A stretch of 59,391 bases of DNA, counting the filler, from Sanchytrium tribonematis (taxonomy: Eukaryota), in assembly GCA_018985235.1 (NCBI GenBank). It is 5 parts of 5 records of this genome, joined end to end, with 100 filler letters (N's around TTAATTAATTAA, not from the genome) between each part and the next. Parts side by side here need not be neighbours in the genome. Positions count along the whole stretch, not along the records: positions 47,628 to 59,391 come from JADGIG010000248.1; 4 more parts are not named here. One strand, 5' to 3'. This document shows, one piece after another, positions 53,826-59,391 of the stretch (position 1 is its first letter; each line of letters opens with the position of its first letter). The translations under genes were made by a program, and so were the position numbers. The notes below the pieces were generated by a model. It had not been told where the DNA came from. It saw nothing but the letters and a program-made list of their open reading frames with translations, and did no database searches.

Positions 53826-55450
53826 GTGTCGGCAATCTGGTTTATTACAAGGGATTTCTCACAAACATTCAAAATTCCAATTTCACAAGATCAATTTCCA
53901 GCTGGCGAAAGAAGCGAAATAAGATGTTTACTCCCAATGCTTTATCAAATTGAAAATAGTGAACTGGAAATAATCTTTCGCACTAAATATTCAAATTTCA
54001 GGAGGAGAAACGCGCAGAAATCACTATGGTCATCAATTGTATCGCTAAAGATAAGTTAATGGATATCTTTAATCGCAAAATCCATAATAAAAGTCCTGGA
54101 ATTGACGATTATACTAAATTGTTGATCAAATTGCTCCCTGATCGATTTTTTGGTATTATCAATTTGCTATTCAAAATGGTTATACAAGTGGGGTGCAAAT
54201 GTTTCGAGATCAACAAACGTATATTTATTAATACTTGGTTATATCACCCCTGGCAGTAATTACTGCTTTGATTCTTTTTCTATGACCATCAATCATCAAT
54301 TAGTCTCTGAATAAATTCTGAAGGGATTTCAGACCAACAATTGACCATCAATTGCTCTAACTCAGTTAACGAAGTTAGGTATTTCTTTGACTTCTTCATT
54401 CTTCTTCGCAGTTCTCTCCACATAAGTTCAATAACATTCATATCGGGACTCTTTGCTGGCCAATCAATGAATGTCATATCAAGATCTTCCAGATATTCTG
54501 TTGTGTGTTTCGAAGTATGAATAGGTGCATTATCCTGAACCACAAAAAAGTCACCATATTCATCTTCTAATGACAAGAGATCTGGTTTAAAATGTCTATT
54601 TATCATTTTAGTGTAAATTTAAAGTCCATATGGCCTTCACACATTATTAATGGTCCCTTTCTTCCAATATGAAATCCCTGACCAAACCATAATTCCTCTC
54701 TTTTCAGACTTGTCAATTCTCTGGAACCATTTTGACTCATCTCTACTTCGTACCATACATTCATCTGCCCAAATCATATTTCTTAATTCATCTTCAGTCC
54801 ATTGAATGGCTTTCCTAGCAAATGCAAGTCGATTCTTAATGTGTGAAGGGTTCAACAAAAGTCTTCTTAGTTTTCTTCAGTACTTAAAACCATGTTCTTT
54901 TAGCCGTCTTCGAATAGTCCATCTTGAGACACCTACTTCAAGTTCCCTAGAAATGTCTCAGCAACTAGCAAAACCTTTCTTACGTACGTTTCGGGCTAAT
55001 TTGCGGTCAAATCGGTTATCAGTCTTTCTTTTATGACCTGTTTTGGGCAATTTTGCCGAGGTGCCTTTCTCTTTTACCTCTTTAAATATGCGATATGCTG
55101 ACTTGTAGGGCACTTCACGACCTGATGGGAGTATAACAGGATTTATTTTACAGGCAAACATAGCTGCAATATAGCCTCTTTCGCCATCAGTATAATTTTT
55201 GGGCGACATGTCTCGAAACATTTGCACCCCACTTGTAAGAGAATGCTGTGTGCCTCGAATATGGAAAAAGGGAAAGACGATACTGATATTCAAGAAGAAT
55301 AATCCTCTGATAAAGCCAATTATAGACCGATTACCATGCTTGTTTTATTAAGCAAACTCATGGAATATTTTATTTCATTTAAATATTGCGCCCAAGTCAA
55401 ATTGCATTTACATCCAACAAAGACTGCTGTTTTGGTTTACTGGAGATGAT
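53826..55450 (+). mobile_element. LINE reverse-transcriptase remnant interrupted by the Tc1 element
   Basis: KSPGIDD...LFKMVI before 54184 continues after 55237 as RECCVPRIWKKGKTILIFKK, then (frameshift) DKANYRPITML..LSKLME and LRPSQIAF. Left boundary is approximate. Confidence 0.75.
54185..55235 (-). mobile_element. Tc1-family (DD34E) DNA transposon, 1051 bp, with both TIRs and a disabled transposase
   Basis: Perfect 25-bp TIRs CAAGTGGGGTGCAAATGTTTCGAGA (54185-54209 and 55211-55235); TA duplications at 54183-84 and 55236-37; WADE, IMVWSGIS, QDNAPIH-(34)-E in WPAKSPDMNVIE, and C-terminal RIKAVITARGDITKY*. Internal TGA stops and frameshifts. Confidence 0.92.
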
Positions 55451-56056
55451 TGAAATTCAAAAAGGTGATTATATTTTATTTAAGCAAGGGAATTTGAATC
55501 ATTTTGGAAGAATGAATGGACCAATAAATGCCAAGCGAACAAATGGAAAAATAAAGAGCATATGGCATTTATTTCGAATGATGGTTAATAAAATACAATT
55601 TGAACAAACTAAGCATGAAATAATATTTCGGGGTTTGAGATAGCAATAGATCTTCTGTGGATGAAACAGAGGACGTGAAATAATTGTTTAAGATGACGAT
55701 ATTTTAGGCAGAACTGCCTCGAAATAGGAGATGGAACGTGGGTTTATTGTTTTCCGATGTGAAGATATTCGTATTGCGATCACATAACAATTGAATAAGG
55801 CAGTATCGCGATTAATCAAGCCAACATTACCTTAAGCAGTTAGATCAAGAAGCAAAATATTAGACTCTTCAAGATGTTTTATAAGCACCCAATCAGGGTT
55901 GCAATGACTTGATTAGTTAGTATCCAATCAAAGAAAAGGAAATATTAACACAGAATCCCGTAACGTATCAACTATCAAATTCACGGCAAATTGCCTTAGC
56001 CAAAAAATTATGCAGGCCATTAACCTTTACATCAGCCCTTCCGACAAATATGGCAC

Positions 56057-59000
56057 GTGTTATTAAATTCCCAAAATTTAAAAACATCGGGGTCAATGCT
56101 ACACAGTACAAAATTCCAAAAACGCGACTCAGGTCTCAATTTGAGCAACCAATTAGCCAAATTACCACAATTAAGATCTCCAGAAAAGAGCGCTTCTGAA
56201 AGCCAAAAATCCTATCAACTTTTATTTCAAAATCCCTATCATCCCATAAGTTACTTTACAACCCATAGTAATAAAAATACCTCCACCCGGTACCATTGGT
56301 ACCAATTCACTAAAGTTCCGATTCGAAACTAGCATTAACGCAAGCAGTCTAGTTTCTCAAGCTCAAGAAAAAGGATTTGCCTTCACGATTTAAAATTAAA
56401 ACCAGTGAGAGACTCGATGACATTAAATGTATCCCAAATGTTTTAGAGGGACGCCTCCTAATTCAATTAAATGACTCCCAACTCTCAATATAATTATTTA
56501 CTTCATCACTACAATATTGACTATCAAGAAGACGTAATGGCACGATTAAATTCATACTGGGCTTTTAAAAATGTCTTACTATGGGATTTTAATTTACACA
56601 CTCCAACTGAGCTCATTTTTCTTTTGGAGAAGGAGACCAAAGCCATATATCATTTGCTACCATTTAGAACAGTTGTAAATCAAATTACATACGAGTACAA
56701 CAACATAATAGCAGCAATTCATATACTTCTACCCCAATTAAAAGGGATTTCCAATCCAATGTTTCAAGCCAAAGTTGTTGATCACTGTCTTCGTTTGGAA
56801 AAGCATTTCTTAAAAAGTTTAGATTCACCTCCTAGCATATTACACAGATTGACACCTAGTGTGACTTTGCCAATCAATATTCAACAATCCCCAGATGCTG
56901 CTCCTTTAATTTTTGAGTCAATGACACATACAAAATTACAAGAGATCCTTTTAGTCATCAAATTGCGGTATGGAATATCAGAGGGATAGGGAAAAAGATT
57001 CAAAGTGCACAAAACTTACTAAATTATTTAAACTTAAATATATTAATTTTAATGGACACCAGACACTCTAAAAATATCAGAAATAGACTCATCAAAGGAC
57101 AATGTGCTACCACAACAAAAAATGGCAATGGATTTGTAGTTCTCAAGCACCATAATTACGCATCCCCTATATCTATTTTACCAGCATCCAACCAACATTT
57201 TGTTGCTATCCAATTATCCTCTCAAACCCTATTTGTTGATTTATACATACCGCCTTCACTTAAAACACCTGAGAATCGTGAGAAACTCGAGCCACTCTTA
57301 TTTCAACTGCATCAATTAGGCCAGCAATTTCAAAATATCATTTTTAGCGGGGATGTCAATATTCACTTTAATACTGGGACTAGCAAAAATTGCATTACTG
57401 TACTGATTTTATCTATACTATTACCAGACACTTCATATAACAAAGTACCTGGATATTGAACCCATACATACGAATGCAACTCAACAAAGTCTTCCATTAA
57501 TTGGTCATTTACTAATTTTTGCAAACAAATGATATTATTAACACCAGGGTTTGGCCACCCGCATTGAAGGATGGTTCGCTGTCAGATCATTGCATTTTAA
57601 TATCAAGTTTCAATTTGACACCCTGCCAAAACACAATTACTTACCAACCCAAGTACCGAGTTGATCTCGTTCAGATGCAACTAGAAGATATGTCTTACCC
57701 ATACATCATATCATATCACAATCAAATTAACACAAACACCGACTACAATCTAATAGCTTCCTCAATTAAAGATCAGTGTGCCACCACTGAAATTGAAACT
57801 AGTCAGCATGCCAAACAAAGCACCCAGATTATGAAGCACATTATGAATACTACCAAGTTTGCGGCACACCAGTCAATTGGAATAAAGGCACCAATACGTC
57901 AAAAAGAAACACACAATACCACTTTATCTAGAAAATTTATTCACATGATGAACTCCAAACAACTAAAGCTGACATTCAAAAGTTTGACATTGAGAATAAG
58001 ATTCAGAGTATAGAAAAGTGCAATGAATATATTCACTCTCAATACTCCCAATTTAACGCACTTCTTCAAAATCCGCATCCAACAAAACAACATTAAATTA
58101 TGCAGTCTACTATTGAAGGATATAAATGAGCATGCATCATCATTTGCTACACGATCAAATGTTTCCCATAGTGATCCTGTAAAATCCAAGTCATATTACA
58201 CAAATAAATGTCAAATAAAGCATCTGCTTTGCATTTGTTCATTACAAGAATTTCGTTCGATTACTCATCATTTACCTAATAAAAAGAGCCCCGGTCCTGA
58301 CGAGATTCCCAATGAGCTGATTAAACATTATCCCACTAAATTTTTGCGTCTTATTTATGATTACTTTAAACTACTCATTTTAAAATGTATAACACCCTCA
58401 CAATTCAATTTAATATTACTTCACCCATTACAAAAGCAAGATGACCCTGGAAATGTTCTAAATTATCGTGTTTTGGCACTTAGTGCCAATTTAAAGAAAT
58501 TATTTGAAAGAACCTTTATTGAGAGCTTAGGGGAACTAACTAATAAACCAGACGGCATTCAGTATGCTTACCGCAAACACCATTCAGTTCATAATGCAAT
58601 CTCTACGATTATTGACCACATACAAACTTTAAAAGTAAACAGCACTTCACCCATTATTCTCTTTTGTGCAGACATCACCAAGGCCTTTGACCACTTATCA
58701 CGACACTTCAATCTAACACAACTAGCACAAGTTGATGATGCTATTTAGTGGGTCTCATCTATGATCTTTTAGATGTATCATTTCAACTAAAAGTCTTTAG
58801 TACCCTCAGTGATGTTCAAACCACAGCAAATGGAATTCTACAGGGCTCATGCTGTAGTCCCATACTATTCACTCATGCAATTGGAAAAATCATTCAACGA
58901 TTTCCGAGCAAGTTATTGAGTGTTTTCTTTAGTGACGATAGCAACTTCGTTCTCAATGCTGACATGGACATTGGGCATACAGTAGACTTTATTAAACAGT

Positions 59001-59391
59001 CTTTTGCACCCGCTGGTCTGCTTATTAGCGATTCTAAAAGCGTATTGATCACAAAAAACACTACAAAAGTCATTAATCAACTAAACCAAATCAATAGGAT
59101 GGAAAAGCCACAAAAGATGCTTTCCTATCAACTCAATCAAGTAGGAATACATTGTAGAGATACAGTGACACTTCGCACAAAGAAATTAAAGCAGGGACTC
59201 CAGGATCTAATTGCAATTGGTTTCATGTGTCCCTCATTTCCAATTAGAATCAAGCTACAATTATTCAATACATACCTAAAGACCATCATAACTGCTAATC
59301 TTCCATTAATTGAGAGCGGCAATTCACGTAATCAGGCGCAAATTACAGCACTTCAAGTTCTATGGAATAAAGGTATCAAGTCATTTCTGGG
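56057..59391 (+). mobile_element. Decayed non-LTR retrotransposon (ORF1, APE endonuclease, RT), 3'-truncated by window
   Basis: IAVWNIRG (~56960), YIPPS..SGDVN, SDHCIL, KSPGPDEIPNELIK, NYRVLAL, QYAYRK, ADITKAFD, GILQGSCCSPILF, FSDD (~58930). Several stops and frameshifts. Left boundary is approximate. Confidence 0.88.

Noticed and set aside
1..59391. CRISPR arrays, prokaryotic operons or defence systems, tRNA or rRNA genes
   Set aside because: No repeat-spacer periodicity, cloverleaf or rRNA-like sequence was seen. The content is eukaryotic nuclear.

Overview
AT-rich eukaryotic DNA in the standard genetic code. It is an artificial concatenation of five unlinked contigs of about 11.8 kb (1-11841, 11942-23763, 23864-35657, 35758-47527, 47628-59391) joined by 100-nt N44-TTAATTAATTAA-N44 spacers. 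Contigs 1-4 are extremely gene-dense, with spacers often 2-35 nt, and carry about 29 genes: MOT1, PRP4, cytochrome c, Dopey, RPC82, an ABCC transporter, TRM1, IST1, prephenate dehydratase, two 6-phosphogluconolactonases, a P2C ATPase, DRC7-like, ankyrin-RasGEF, eIF3g, MNS1, INO80, RRP3, NAMPT, SMC4, a Slo K+ channel, PhoD-like and others. Fungal-type proteins together with axonemal genes suggest a reduced, zoosporic early-diverging fungus or holomycotan (inference). Main observation: all nine introns I can reconstruct are exactly 19 nt, with consensus GTR-N8-TWAY-N-WAG and an invariant putative branch A 6 nt from the 3' end. There is one per gene, and seven of nine lie 205-276 nt before the end of the CDS. 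A compact H/ACA snoRNA (about 3710-3820) has two pockets matching the LSU rRNA helix-69 targets of snR191/U19. Contig 5 contains only decayed transposons: MULE/SWIM, LINEs, piggyBac, and a Tc1 with perfect TIRs nested in a LINE reverse transcriptase.
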